Shown in pieces: positions 14,711 through 22,754 of a stretch of DNA of 24,510 nt; position 1 is the stretch's first letter; each line of letters opens with the position of its first letter. Both the position numbers and the translations under genes were made by a program. The stretch is taken from assembly GCA_035490275.1 (NCBI GenBank), contig DATHFI010000186.1, forward strand, positions 1-24,510, in the 5' to 3' direction. The DNA comes from Planctomycetota bacterium. Lineage in GTDB: Bacteria > Planctomycetota > MHYJ01 > JACPRB01. The notes under the pieces are model-generated. The model was not told the DNA's origin. It worked only from the letters and a program-made list of their open reading frames with translations, and did not search any database.

Positions 14711-16150
14711 ATGGGCTCTGTCACCGCTGTTTTCCTTGGCGATCACACGGTCGGCGTGGTCGCGGGGAGGCTCGCCGCCAAGGGCGTGGAGCTGACCCAG
14801 GCCGCCTCCGTGCCGTTGCCCGAGGATTTCGCCGGGCGCGACCTTGAAGGGCAGGGCGCCGCGATCCGCGAAGCCCTTCACGCCGCGGGAGGCGGGGTCC
14901 GGTCGTGCGTCCTCGTCCTTCCCCGGCCGCTCGTCATCCTGCGCACCTTCACGCTCCCCCCGGGCTCGCCCGAGGAGCTCCAGAACATGATCCGGTTCCA
15001 GCTCGAGAAGGACCTCCCGCTGCCCCTCGACCAGGTCCGGTACACCTACGCGACCTCTCTCGAGGACGGGAAGATCCGCGTGACCGCGGTGGCCGTCCCC
15101 ACCGAGGCGCTGGAAAAGCGCATGGCCCAGCTCGAGAAGGCCGGGGTCCGCGTCACCGGCGCGGTGGTCAGCTCCTTCGGACTCATCCGGCTCGTGCCCC
15201 AGAGCCTCCTCGAGGGCGGGTCGCTTCTCCTGAATATCGCCGACGGGTCGGCCGAGATCCTGATCGCCGAGGCCGGCCGCCTCCAGCTCTCCCGCAACAC
15301 GCCGATGCGGGAGCTCGATTCCGACGCCCTCGCCGCCGAAATCGACCGGGCCATGCTCTCGAACACGACGCGCGAAGTCGGGTCGGAGGTGAAGCGCATC
15401 CTCGTGGCGGGCGAAGGCGAGGCCGCCGAACGGGTGGTCATGGAAATCCAGCGGAGGATCCCCGCCGCCTCCGTGAAGGTGGCCGTGCCCAACGGGACCG
15501 TGACGCGCCGCCCCGACGTGCGGATCACGACCGAGTCCGCCGCGGCCGCCGGGGTGCTCCTGGGCCTGCTTCAGCCGGGACCCGCCCTGCCCGACCTCCT
15601 GAGGCCGCCCGTCGTCCGGCGCGCCATGAAATTCCGCCGGGCGCACAAGATCGGCGCCGGCGCGGGGATCCTGCTCGCGGCGCTCATCACGTGGTCCCAG
15701 ATCGCGCTGGCGGGGCGGCGGTCCGAGCTCGCGGCCCTTCAGGCGGAGCTGGGGAAGGTCAAGCCCAAGGGAGACGCGGTCGACCGCATGCGCAATGAAA
15801 TCCGGGTGCTCCAGCAGTGGCAGGACCGGCGGTTCTCGTGGATCGACCTCTTCGACCAGCTCCAGCAGCGTCTCCCGGCCGCGAAGATCCACCTCGCGAA
15901 TCTGACCGTGGACGAGAGCGGCGTCGCGTCGTTGACCGGCAAGGCGAAAGACAAGAGCGACGTGATCGCCGTCACCACGGAGCTTCAGAAGGTCCCCGCC
16001 TTCCTGAAGATTGAATCGGCCGGCATCAACAACAATTCCGACAAGAGCGAGTACAACCAGGACTTCAAGCTTCGAATCACCCTGGTCGACCTCGCGCCCG
16101 CGAAAGTGGAAAAGAAACCGGCAAAGCCGGTCCCGAACGGGAAGAAGTGA
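14711..16150 (+). CDS. gspL: GspL-like protein (PilM-like actin fold + TM + PilN-like periplasmic domain)
   Basis: VILRTFTLP...IRFQLEKDLP..LDQVRY, single TM IGAGAGILLAALITWSQIA, coiled coil, L.NLTVDESG.ASLTGKA ferredoxin-like C-domain. Position after gspK. Confidence 0.8.
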   Translation: MGSVTAVFLGDHTVGVVAGRLAAKGVELTQAASVPLPEDFAGRDLEGQGAAIREALHAAGGGVRSCVLVLPRPLVILRTFTLPPGSPEELQNMIRFQLEKDLPLPLDQVRYTYATSLEDGKIRVTAVAVPTEALEKRMAQLEKAGVRVTGAVVSSFGLIRLVPQSLLEGGSLLLNIADGSAEILIAEAGRLQLSRNTPMRELDSDALAAEIDRAMLSNTTREVGSEVKRILVAGEGEAAERVVMEIQRRIPAASVKVAVPNGTVTRRPDVRITTESAAAAGVLLGLLQPGPALPDLLRPPVVRRAMKFRRAHKIGAGAGILLAALITWSQIALAGRRSELAALQAELGKVKPKGDAVDRMRNEIRVLQQWQDRRFSWIDLFDQLQQRLPAAKIHLANLTVDESGVASLTGKAKDKSDVIAVTTELQKVPAFLKIESAGINNNSDKSEYNQDFKLRITLVDLAPAKVEKKPAKPVPNGKK

Positions 16151-16153
16151 TCG

Positions 16154-16702
16154 ATGGAACGACGGCAGAAAATCCTGGCGGCCATCGTGGCCGTGCTCCT
16201 GGCGGGGTTCATGCTGGATAAGTTCGCCATCAGCCCCTGGCTGGAAGCGATGGCTTCAGTCCAAAAGGGGATCGAGCAGGTCCGCTCCGACCGGATCTCC
16301 GCCCAGGAGAAGGCCAAGCGGGAGCCCGAGGTCGCCGCGGAGTGGAACGCCCTCCGGGAACGGCTCAAGGCGGTGAAGGGCGAGGAGGCGGCGAATCGGA
16401 TGGCCGGATTCGTCGACCAGCTGATCAAGAAATACGACTTGAAGAAGTCCTCCCTCTCCCCGGACCCCATCCCCCGCCTCGTGGAGGGCAACGCGTTCCG
16501 GGAACACGCGCTGAACGTCTCGTTCCAGTGCACGTGGGAGAGCTTCATCCGGCTCATCCTGGATCTCCACAATGCGGATGAATTCGTCAAGATCCAGCGC
16601 CTGAAGGTGGACTCTCACTACCTGGTCGAGAAAGAGAGCTACCTGGACATCAGCCTGCGCCTGACGACGATCGCCCCCGTCGCGGCCGGAGGCGGAAAAT
16701 GA
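16154..16702 (+). CDS. gspM: GspM/PilO-like assembly platform protein
   Basis: MERRQKIL + single TM + coiled coil + ferredoxin-like domain (LNVSFQCTWESFIRLILDL...VKIQRLKV). Position after gspL. Confidence 0.75.
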   Translation: MERRQKILAAIVAVLLAGFMLDKFAISPWLEAMASVQKGIEQVRSDRISAQEKAKREPEVAAEWNALRERLKAVKGEEAANRMAGFVDQLIKKYDLKKSSLSPDPIPRLVEGNAFREHALNVSFQCTWESFIRLILDLHNADEFVKIQRLKVDSHYLVEKESYLDISLRLTTIAPVAAGGGK

Positions 16703-17346
16703 GCGCGATCCTCGCCCTCCTCGTCCTGCTCGCGCCCCAGGAGAATGATCCGAAGCGCTCCCTCGAGGCGGCCCTCGGGATGCCCGGCCTCGCGAAGCCG
16801 CAGGAGGTGAAGGAGGCGCCGCCCCCGGCGTCGTTCACCGCCGGCCGCGAGAAGCGGACCGCCGACGACTACAAGGGGCTCCTCGACCACAACGTTTTCT
16901 CGCCCCCCCGCAAGAAGGACCCGCCCAAGACCGCGGACGTCGTGAAGCCGCCGGAGGGGCCCAAGTCGAAGACCTATGTCCTGACAGGCATCGTCTTCAT
17001 CAGCGCCGAGAAGCGGTACGAGGCCCTCATCGAGGAACGGGCCGGGCCGGATCTCGCGATCATCAAGGAAGCGAAGTTTTACAAGGCGGGCGACACGGTC
17101 GCTGGCGGGACCGTTTCCGAAATCACGTTCGAGCAGGTCTCCTTCCTCCGCGGCGGGTCGCCGACTGTTCTCAAGGTGAAGGATTCCGTGATCGTGGAGG
17201 GTGTCGCGTCGTCCGAAACGCCCGCCAAGGTCGACGAGCCGGGCGAAGTCGAGAAAGCCCGGGAGCGGCTGAAGAAAAAGCACCAGCGCCAGTCGGTCCC
17301 CGACGAAGCGGAAGACGAAGCGGGTGAGAGGAAAAAGCCGAAATAG
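16699..17346 (+). CDS. GspC/PilP-like HR-domain protein without PDZ
   Basis: NVFSPP...YVLTGIVF...ALIEE...YKAGDTVAGGTVSEITFEQVSF is typical of the GspC HR domain. ATGA overlap with gspM; immediately upstream of the secretin. Confidence 0.65.
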   Translation: MSAILALLVLLAPQENDPKRSLEAALGMPGLAKPQEVKEAPPPASFTAGREKRTADDYKGLLDHNVFSPPRKKDPPKTADVVKPPEGPKSKTYVLTGIVFISAEKRYEALIEERAGPDLAIIKEAKFYKAGDTVAGGTVSEITFEQVSFLRGGSPTVLKVKDSVIVEGVASSETPAKVDEPGEVEKARERLKKKHQRQSVPDEAEDEAGERKKPK

Positions 17347-17360
17347 TAGTAGGGAAGCTT

Positions 17361-17399
17361 TGACCGCAGGCGGTCATCCGTCATCGGTCATCTGTCATC
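17361..17399. repeat. Hairpin plus (NGTCATC)x4 heptamer array
   Basis: TGACCGC-AG-GCGGTCA (17361-17376), then GGTCATC CGTCATC GGTCATC TGTCATC (17372-17399). Same family as 9827-9885. Confidence 0.9.
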
Positions 17400-17470
17400 G
17401 CTTGTAGATCGAACCCGGCATGGGTCCTGTTTGTCTTAGTAGAATCACAGAGCTAGGTTTGGAGATTGCC

Positions 17471-20224
17471 ATGCATCGCTGGACTGCGGCCGGAACCCTC
17501 CTCGCGGCGTTTCTGATGGTCGGCCTCCCCGGCTGGGCGCAGGACCCGCCCGCGGGCGAGAAGCGCCTCGACTTCAAGTTCCGCGACGCCTCGGTGGACA
17601 AGGTCCTCGAGTACGTCTGCAGGCAGATGAAATGGACGCTCACCTACAGCGAGAAGGCCAAGCCCGAGGGTACGATCACGGCGTATAACGAATCGCTCGT
17701 CCCCGAGGGCAAGGTCGTCGACTTCCTGAACACCGCGCTCCAAAAGTCGAAGGTCCAGGTCTTCCTGTTCGAGGAGGTCCTCAAGGTCGTGACCGAGGAG
17801 GAGGCGAAGAAAGGGAAGTACAACATCGACTTCGGCGACGATCCGACGAAGATTCCGATCAACGACACGATGCGGACCTGGATCTATCCGCTCCGGAACG
17901 TGAACATCGACGAGATCGAGAAGAAGCTCAAGGAGATGATCGAGGAGGACGGCGTCAAGGCCGTCTTCAGCCCCTACTCGAACAGCGTCGTCATGACGGG
18001 CAAAGGCGCGAGCATCTACCGGGTGGCCCGAATCCTCAAGATCGTGGACGTGCAGGCCACGGAGCGGCTCGAAGTGCGCCTCTTCAAGCTCCGCCACGCG
18101 GACGCTCAGGAGACGGCCAAGCTCCTGAACGACGTCTTCAAGAAGCCGGAGGCCTCCGCCGGCGGCGGCGGAAACCCCTGGGCGCAGATGGCCCAGATGA
18201 TGGGCGGCGGCGGCCAGAGGACCCAGGGCCCCCAGCCCCGTTCCCTAGCGAGCGAGATGTTCCGCCTCACCGCCGACGTCCGCACGAACGCCGTGGTGGC
18301 GACCGCGACCAAGGAAAACCTGGACATGGTCGACGGCATCATCAAGCAGCTCGACGGCGAGGCCGCCGAGGCGGTCCGCCTGAAGCTCTACCCCCTGCGG
18401 TACGCGGACGCCAAGGAAGTCGCCGCCGTCATCACGAGGGTCTTCGAGGACGAGGCGGCCCAGTCCCGGCAGGCGAACCGGAACCAGCGCAACCTCCCGA
18501 TCTGGATGGGCGGATCGCCGCAGATCGGGCAGGATCCGGCCGGGGCCACGCGCGAGGTGCGCGCCGTCTCGGACGTCCGCAGCAACTCCGTCGTCGTCGC
18601 GGCCAACGAGGGCAACCTGAGGACGGTGGACGACCTGATCGCCAATCTCGACCGCCAGCTCACGGACATCCTCCGGATCAAGATCTACGAACTGAAGAAC
18701 GCGGACCCCACCGGCATGGTGAACATGCTGCGCGAGATGTTCCGGCCCCAGATCACGGCGACCCAGAACGCCGGCCGGCCCCAGCAGCAGCAGCAGCAGC
18801 AGGGCAACCAGAATCCCTTCATGTTCGGCAACCGGACCTCGACCACCGGGGGGAGCAGCGCCCTCGCGCCGAGCATGGAGATGGAAATCACCGGCGACAC
18901 CCGCACGAGGTCGGTCATCGTCAAGGCGAGCGAGGATTACATCGCCGTCATCGACGAGATTGTCTCCCAGCTCGACCGGAACCCGACCGAGACGATGAGC
19001 ACGTACGTCATCGATCTCCGCAACGCGAAAGCCGCCGACGTGGCCCAGGTCCTTCAGCAGCTGCTCCGCGGCGGCAGCACCTCGACGACGGGAAATCGCA
19101 CCAACACGAACACCAACTCGACCAACCGGAACGCGAACACGAACAGCCGCCCGGCCACCCGCCAGAGCGGCGGCGCGAGCACGCGCAACCTCGGTCCGCT
19201 CTCGGACCAGGACCCGACCCCTCCGGCGGTCCAGCAGCCGCCCCCGCCCTCCCAGGAGACCCCGGACCAGGAGGAGGCGCGCCGCGCCATTGAGGGCCAG
19301 GCCGACGTGCAGGCGGACGCCGCGACGAACTCGCTCGTGGTCCGCACCTCGCCGCGCAACCTCGAGGCGATCCGGAGCATCGTCCAGAATCTCGACCGGG
19401 CCCGCCCGCAGGTCCTCATCAAGGTGCTCATCGCCGAGGTCACGCTCGACAAGGACACCCGCTTCGGCGTCGAGGGGTTCTGGGAGAACAAGTTCCGCGT
19501 GAGCGGCGCCCCGATCACCCAGCGCCACGGCACGGACTTCGACCTGCCCACGCAGGGGCTGGCGACGCTCCTCACGGGCAAGGAGATGAAGGCCGCCCTC
19601 AACGCCTTCGCCGATGAAGGCAAGCTCAAGGTCCTGGCGACGCCGCGGATCCTCGTCCTCGACAACGAGACCGCGAACATCAACGTCGGCAAGGAAGTGC
19701 CGCGCATCACGAACTCGACGATCAACGAGCTCGGGAACACGGTGAACACGGTCCAGTACGAGTCGGTCGGCATCCTCCTCGAGGTGACGCCCCACATCAA
19801 CTTCGACGGGCTCGTGACGATGGACGTCCACCCCGAGATCTCGGACATCGCGCCCGCCTCCGAGGCGGTCGTCATCACCCCGGGCGCGACCTCGCCGACC
19901 TTCAACGTCAACTACGCGAACACGACGGTCGCCGCGCGGACCGGCCAGACGGTGGTCATCGGCGGCCTGATCCGCGAGAGCGAGTCGAACACCGTCTCCA
20001 AGGTCCCGATCCTGGGCGACATCCCGATCCTCGGCTTCCTCTTCTCCAACACGATCAAGCAGACGGTGAAGCGCGAGCTGATGATCTTCCTGACGCCGCT
20101 CGTCTCCTACACGTCCGCCCAGCTGGAGGAGATCACCGAGCTCGAGAAGGCGAAGCTGAAGCTCATCGACGACGGCGACGTGGAGGACGGCGGCGACCGG
20201 TGGCTACAGAGGCTCCGGAACTAG
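17471..20224 (+). CDS. gspD: Type II secretion secretin GspD (917 aa) with five N1-type repeats
   Basis: Signal peptide, N0 LDFKFRDASVDKVL, repeated Y.L..A.A...D.RTNS.VV...LD modules, secretin domain PQVLIKVLIAEV, LATPRILVLDNETANINVG, VGILLEVTPHI, VVIGGLI, KVPILGDIPILGFLF, ELMIFLTP. ATG 17471 follows GGAG. Confidence 0.95.
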   Translation: MHRWTAAGTLLAAFLMVGLPGWAQDPPAGEKRLDFKFRDASVDKVLEYVCRQMKWTLTYSEKAKPEGTITAYNESLVPEGKVVDFLNTALQKSKVQVFLFEEVLKVVTEEEAKKGKYNIDFGDDPTKIPINDTMRTWIYPLRNVNIDEIEKKLKEMIEEDGVKAVFSPYSNSVVMTGKGASIYRVARILKIVDVQATERLEVRLFKLRHADAQETAKLLNDVFKKPEASAGGGGNPWAQMAQMMGGGGQRTQGPQPRSLASEMFRLTADVRTNAVVATATKENLDMVDGIIKQLDGEAAEAVRLKLYPLRYADAKEVAAVITRVFEDEAAQSRQANRNQRNLPIWMGGSPQIGQDPAGATREVRAVSDVRSNSVVVAANEGNLRTVDDLIANLDRQLTDILRIKIYELKNADPTGMVNMLREMFRPQITATQNAGRPQQQQQQQGNQNPFMFGNRTSTTGGSSALAPSMEMEITGDTRTRSVIVKASEDYIAVIDEIVSQLDRNPTETMSTYVIDLRNAKAADVAQVLQQLLRGGSTSTTGNRTNTNTNSTNRNANTNSRPATRQSGGASTRNLGPLSDQDPTPPAVQQPPPPSQETPDQEEARRAIEGQADVQADAATNSLVVRTSPRNLEAIRSIVQNLDRARPQVLIKVLIAEVTLDKDTRFGVEGFWENKFRVSGAPITQRHGTDFDLPTQGLATLLTGKEMKAALNAFADEGKLKVLATPRILVLDNETANINVGKEVPRITNSTINELGNTVNTVQYESVGILLEVTPHINFDGLVTMDVHPEISDIAPASEAVVITPGATSPTFNVNYANTTVAARTGQTVVIGGLIRESESNTVSKVPILGDIPILGFLFSNTIKQTVKRELMIFLTPLVSYTSAQLEEITELEKAKLKLIDDGDVEDGGDRWLQRLRN
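18782..18802 (+). repeat. (CAG)7 in-frame repeat encoding poly-Gln in a secretin loop
   Basis: Seven perfect CAG units read directly from the sequence. Confidence 0.9.
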
Positions 20225-20228
20225 GTCC

Positions 20229-21053
20229 ATGAAGCGATTCTTCCTTTGCGGTCCGCTCCTCCTCCTGGCCGCCTGCTCCTCGCGCCCGATCGAGGAGGTC
20301 AACGCCGAGCAGTCCACCTTCCTCCGGGAGGAGGGGGATGCCGCGCTCAAGGAGGGGGATCACGGCCGGGCCATCGACATCTATACCCGCGCCCTCGAGC
20401 TGAACCCCGGGGCCGCCGACACGTGGTACCGGCGCGGCAACGCCTACGCGAAACGTCCCGCGGGGTCCGACGAGCCCAACCGCCGGCGCGAGTGGCTGCG
20501 GCAGGCCGAGGCGGATTACTCCACGGCGATCCAGCTCAACCCCGCCCACCGCGACGCCCTCTTCAACCGCGCCATGATCCGCCTGAAGATGAAGCGGTAT
20601 ATCGACGCCGCCAAGGACCTCGTCGAGTGCACCCGCGTCGATCCGCGCGACGCCGAGCCGGAGTTCGTCCTGGGACACATCTACCTCCACCGGCTCGAGG
20701 ACCAGCAGATCATGGCGATGGAGCACTACGACAAGTACGTCGCGCTCGGCGGGGACGACCCCGAGGCGGTGAAGCTGGTCCGCGAATGGCGCGAGCTGAA
20801 GAAGTCGATGGCCGCCCCCAACGGCGGGCCCGCTCCGAAGGGGCCCACGGCGGAGGACGAGGAGGCGGCGAAACAGCTCCACGCGAGGGTGCTGACGCTC
20901 ATCCCGAAGGGCGAGGAGCAGCGGCCGGAAGTCGCCCGGCTGCTCCTGGAACTGACGACGAAATACGCCCAGACGAAGTACGTGAAGGACAACGAGAAGG
21001 GGTTGAAGGCGCTCCTGAACGCCTTCCGTCCCCGCGATCCCGAGAAGAAGTGA
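20229..21053 (+). CDS. TPR-repeat lipoprotein (candidate secretin pilotin)
   Basis: MKRFFLCGPLLLLAAC lipobox. TPR motifs AIDIYTRALELNP, AEADYSTAIQLNP, AAKDLVECTRVDP. Starts 4 nt after gspD. Confidence 0.8.
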   Translation: MKRFFLCGPLLLLAACSSRPIEEVNAEQSTFLREEGDAALKEGDHGRAIDIYTRALELNPGAADTWYRRGNAYAKRPAGSDEPNRRREWLRQAEADYSTAIQLNPAHRDALFNRAMIRLKMKRYIDAAKDLVECTRVDPRDAEPEFVLGHIYLHRLEDQQIMAMEHYDKYVALGGDDPEAVKLVREWRELKKSMAAPNGGPAPKGPTAEDEEAAKQLHARVLTLIPKGEEQRPEVARLLLELTTKYAQTKYVKDNEKGLKALLNAFRPRDPEKK

Positions 21054-22195
21054 GCTCCAAGCTCCAAGCTTCAAGCCTCAAGCCAGTAGTCGCTTTCGCG
21101 ATTCTCACCCTCCTTATTCCCCAGGATGCCGAATTGGATGCGGCGCTCAAGGCCGACCGCGCCCGCATCGCCGCCAAAAAACCCCTCACCCGCGATGAAA
21201 CCAAGGGCTACCGCGCCGTCGCCCCCCGGCTCGCCCCCGACAAGGTCCGATTCCGGATCAAGGCGATCCCGCTTTCGTTCACCGGCGCGCCGGCCTCCCG
21301 CGGCGACCTCCGCGCGGCGCTTCTCGATCCCCTGGCCGCCTACTATCGCGGGCAGTCCGGCGGGGTTTTCGAGCTGGAAGCCGCGCTTCTCGAGGCGCGC
21401 GCGGCGGACGTCCCGCGATCCGAACTGGCCGCCGCGGCCGCGGGCTCGGCCGCCGAGCAGAAGATCGTCGGGCGGGTCCTGAAAGCGGAAGACCTCGAGG
21501 GGGCGGACGCGTTTATCCTGATCGCGGCGGGCGGGATCGGATCGCCGAAAACCGGGCTCTGGCCCCACGAATCGACGATGCGCGTCGGCGGAAAGACGGT
21601 GGACTACGTGCTCATGCCCGAGACGGGCGACCACCGGTGGTTCGGCATCGCGGCCCACGAGACGGGCCACCTGCTCAAGCTCGAGGACAAGTACGGCGAC
21701 CGCGAGGCGAAGGTCGGGCGGTGGTGCCTGATGGGGACGGGCTACCTCGACGCCACGAAGGAAGACCCGCGGCCCGGGCCCCTCTGCGCGGTCTGCCGCG
21801 AGGTGCTCGGGTGGATCCCGCCGCTCGTCCACGACCCCGCGTCCGAGGGGGCCTACAGCCTCGCCCCGGGGCTCGCCGCCGTGAAGGTGCCGGTGAACAA
21901 GGACGGGAAAGAGGCGGTCGTCCTCGAGTTCCGGGGCCGGGCGCTCCTCGTGTGGCACACGGGCGGCGGGCGGCCGATCGAGCTCGCCGCCATCCTGCCC
22001 ACCGAGGCGCGCGACCGCCTCACCCCGTGGTCCGATCCCCCCTTCCGCGCCCGCACCCTGGGCGCGTCGAACGCCTGGATCACCGACGTGCGGATCCAGG
22101 AGGGGAAGGCGTGGTTCCGGCTCGGCCCCTCCGCGGAGCTTACCCCGCTCGAGGACCTGCGCAGGCAGCGGGTCGGCCGCGAGCTGGGGAAGTGA
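21050..22195 (+). CDS. Exported M6-family (immune inhibitor A-like) zinc metalloprotease, 381 aa
   Basis: HETGHLLKLEDKY zinc motif (HExxHxxxxxD), GRWCLMGTG Met-turn, PLC..C..LGW, WPH motif. GTG 21050 overlaps the TPR gene stop (GTGA) and is followed by a signal-peptide-like segment. Confidence 0.7.
   Translation: MSSKLQASSLKPVVAFAILTLLIPQDAELDAALKADRARIAAKKPLTRDETKGYRAVAPRLAPDKVRFRIKAIPLSFTGAPASRGDLRAALLDPLAAYYRGQSGGVFELEAALLEARAADVPRSELAAAAAGSAAEQKIVGRVLKAEDLEGADAFILIAAGGIGSPKTGLWPHESTMRVGGKTVDYVLMPETGDHRWFGIAAHETGHLLKLEDKYGDREAKVGRWCLMGTGYLDATKEDPRPGPLCAVCREVLGWIPPLVHDPASEGAYSLAPGLAAVKVPVNKDGKEAVVLEFRGRALLVWHTGGGRPIELAAILPTEARDRLTPWSDPPFRARTLGASNAWITDVRIQEGKAWFRLGPSAELTPLEDLRRQRVGRELGK
21054..21081 (+). 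repeat. Heptamer array (GCTCCAA-type)x4 in the protease signal-peptide n-region
   Basis: GCTCCAA GCTCCAA GCTTCAA GCCTCAA. Confidence 0.85.
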
Positions 22196-22205
22196 CGGCG
22201 CCGAC

Positions 22206-22754
22206 CTACTCGAACAGACTTTCCACGATCAGCGCCAGGCCGGGGAGCAGGTCGGTGGCCAGCGCCTGATCCCCCTTCCGGTACCCCGCGGGCTCATAGC
22301 GATTTCCCGAGAGCTTCAGAATCTGCACGCTCCGGTCGGCGGGGTCGACGATCCAGTATTCCCCCACCCCGTTACGCGCGTACAGGTCGCGTTTCACGAT
22401 CAGGTCGCGCTCGGGGTGCGAGGGCGAGAGGACTTCCACGAGAAGGTCGGGCACGCCGCGAACCCAATCCTGGATGATGGCCAGATTTTCCCGGCGGACG
22501 AAGATCAGATCAGGCTCGACGATGTCCCCGGACGGCAGGTGGACATCCATGGGAGAGAGCACGACCCGGCCGAGGCGCCTTGGATGGGCGAAAACCGTAA
22601 GAGCCATGGCCAAGTTCAGAATGACCCCCTGATGGGGCACGCGCGGCGCCACGGACATGAAGATCTCCCCGTCGATCAGCTCGGCGAGCGTGCCTTCAGG
22701 GAGCTTCATGAAGTCGTCGACCGTCTTTCTCGGTCGCGTCTTGAGATCGGCCAT
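22206..22754 (-). CDS. Uma2-family PD-(D/E)xK domain protein
   Basis: ELIDGEIF, HQ, EPDLIFV, PDLLVEVLSPS, D...KRDLYA..GVGEYWIVDP. Start at ATG 22754 (or 22763). Confidence 0.9.
   Translation of the reverse strand: MADLKTRPRKTVDDFMKLPEGTLAELIDGEIFMSVAPRVPHQGVILNLAMALTVFAHPRRLGRVVLSPMDVHLPSGDIVEPDLIFVRRENLAIIQDWVRGVPDLLVEVLSPSHPERDLIVKRDLYARNGVGEYWIVDPADRSVQILKLSGNRYEPAGYRKGDQALATDLLPGLALIVESLFE

Noticed and set aside
18782-18802. (CAG)7 as a contingency locus
   Set aside because: Trinucleotide slippage keeps the frame and the tract lies in a low-complexity loop. There is no evidence of switching.
8134-20224. Absence of prepilin peptidase (gspO/pilD) and gspN as a sign of a defective T2SS
   Set aside because: The peptidase is often encoded elsewhere and shared, and gspN is dispensable in many systems. 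All genes present have intact frames and motifs.
20246-21049. N-terminal 268 aa of ORF 20246..22195
   Set aside because: Out-of-frame overlap with the TPR gene and low-complexity translation. GTG 21050 gives a coupled start and a signal peptide.
22206-22754. Uma2 gene as part of a restriction or defence system
   Set aside because: It is a solitary gene with no methyltransferase or defence partners. Uma2 paralogues are commonly scattered, and most have no demonstrated activity.
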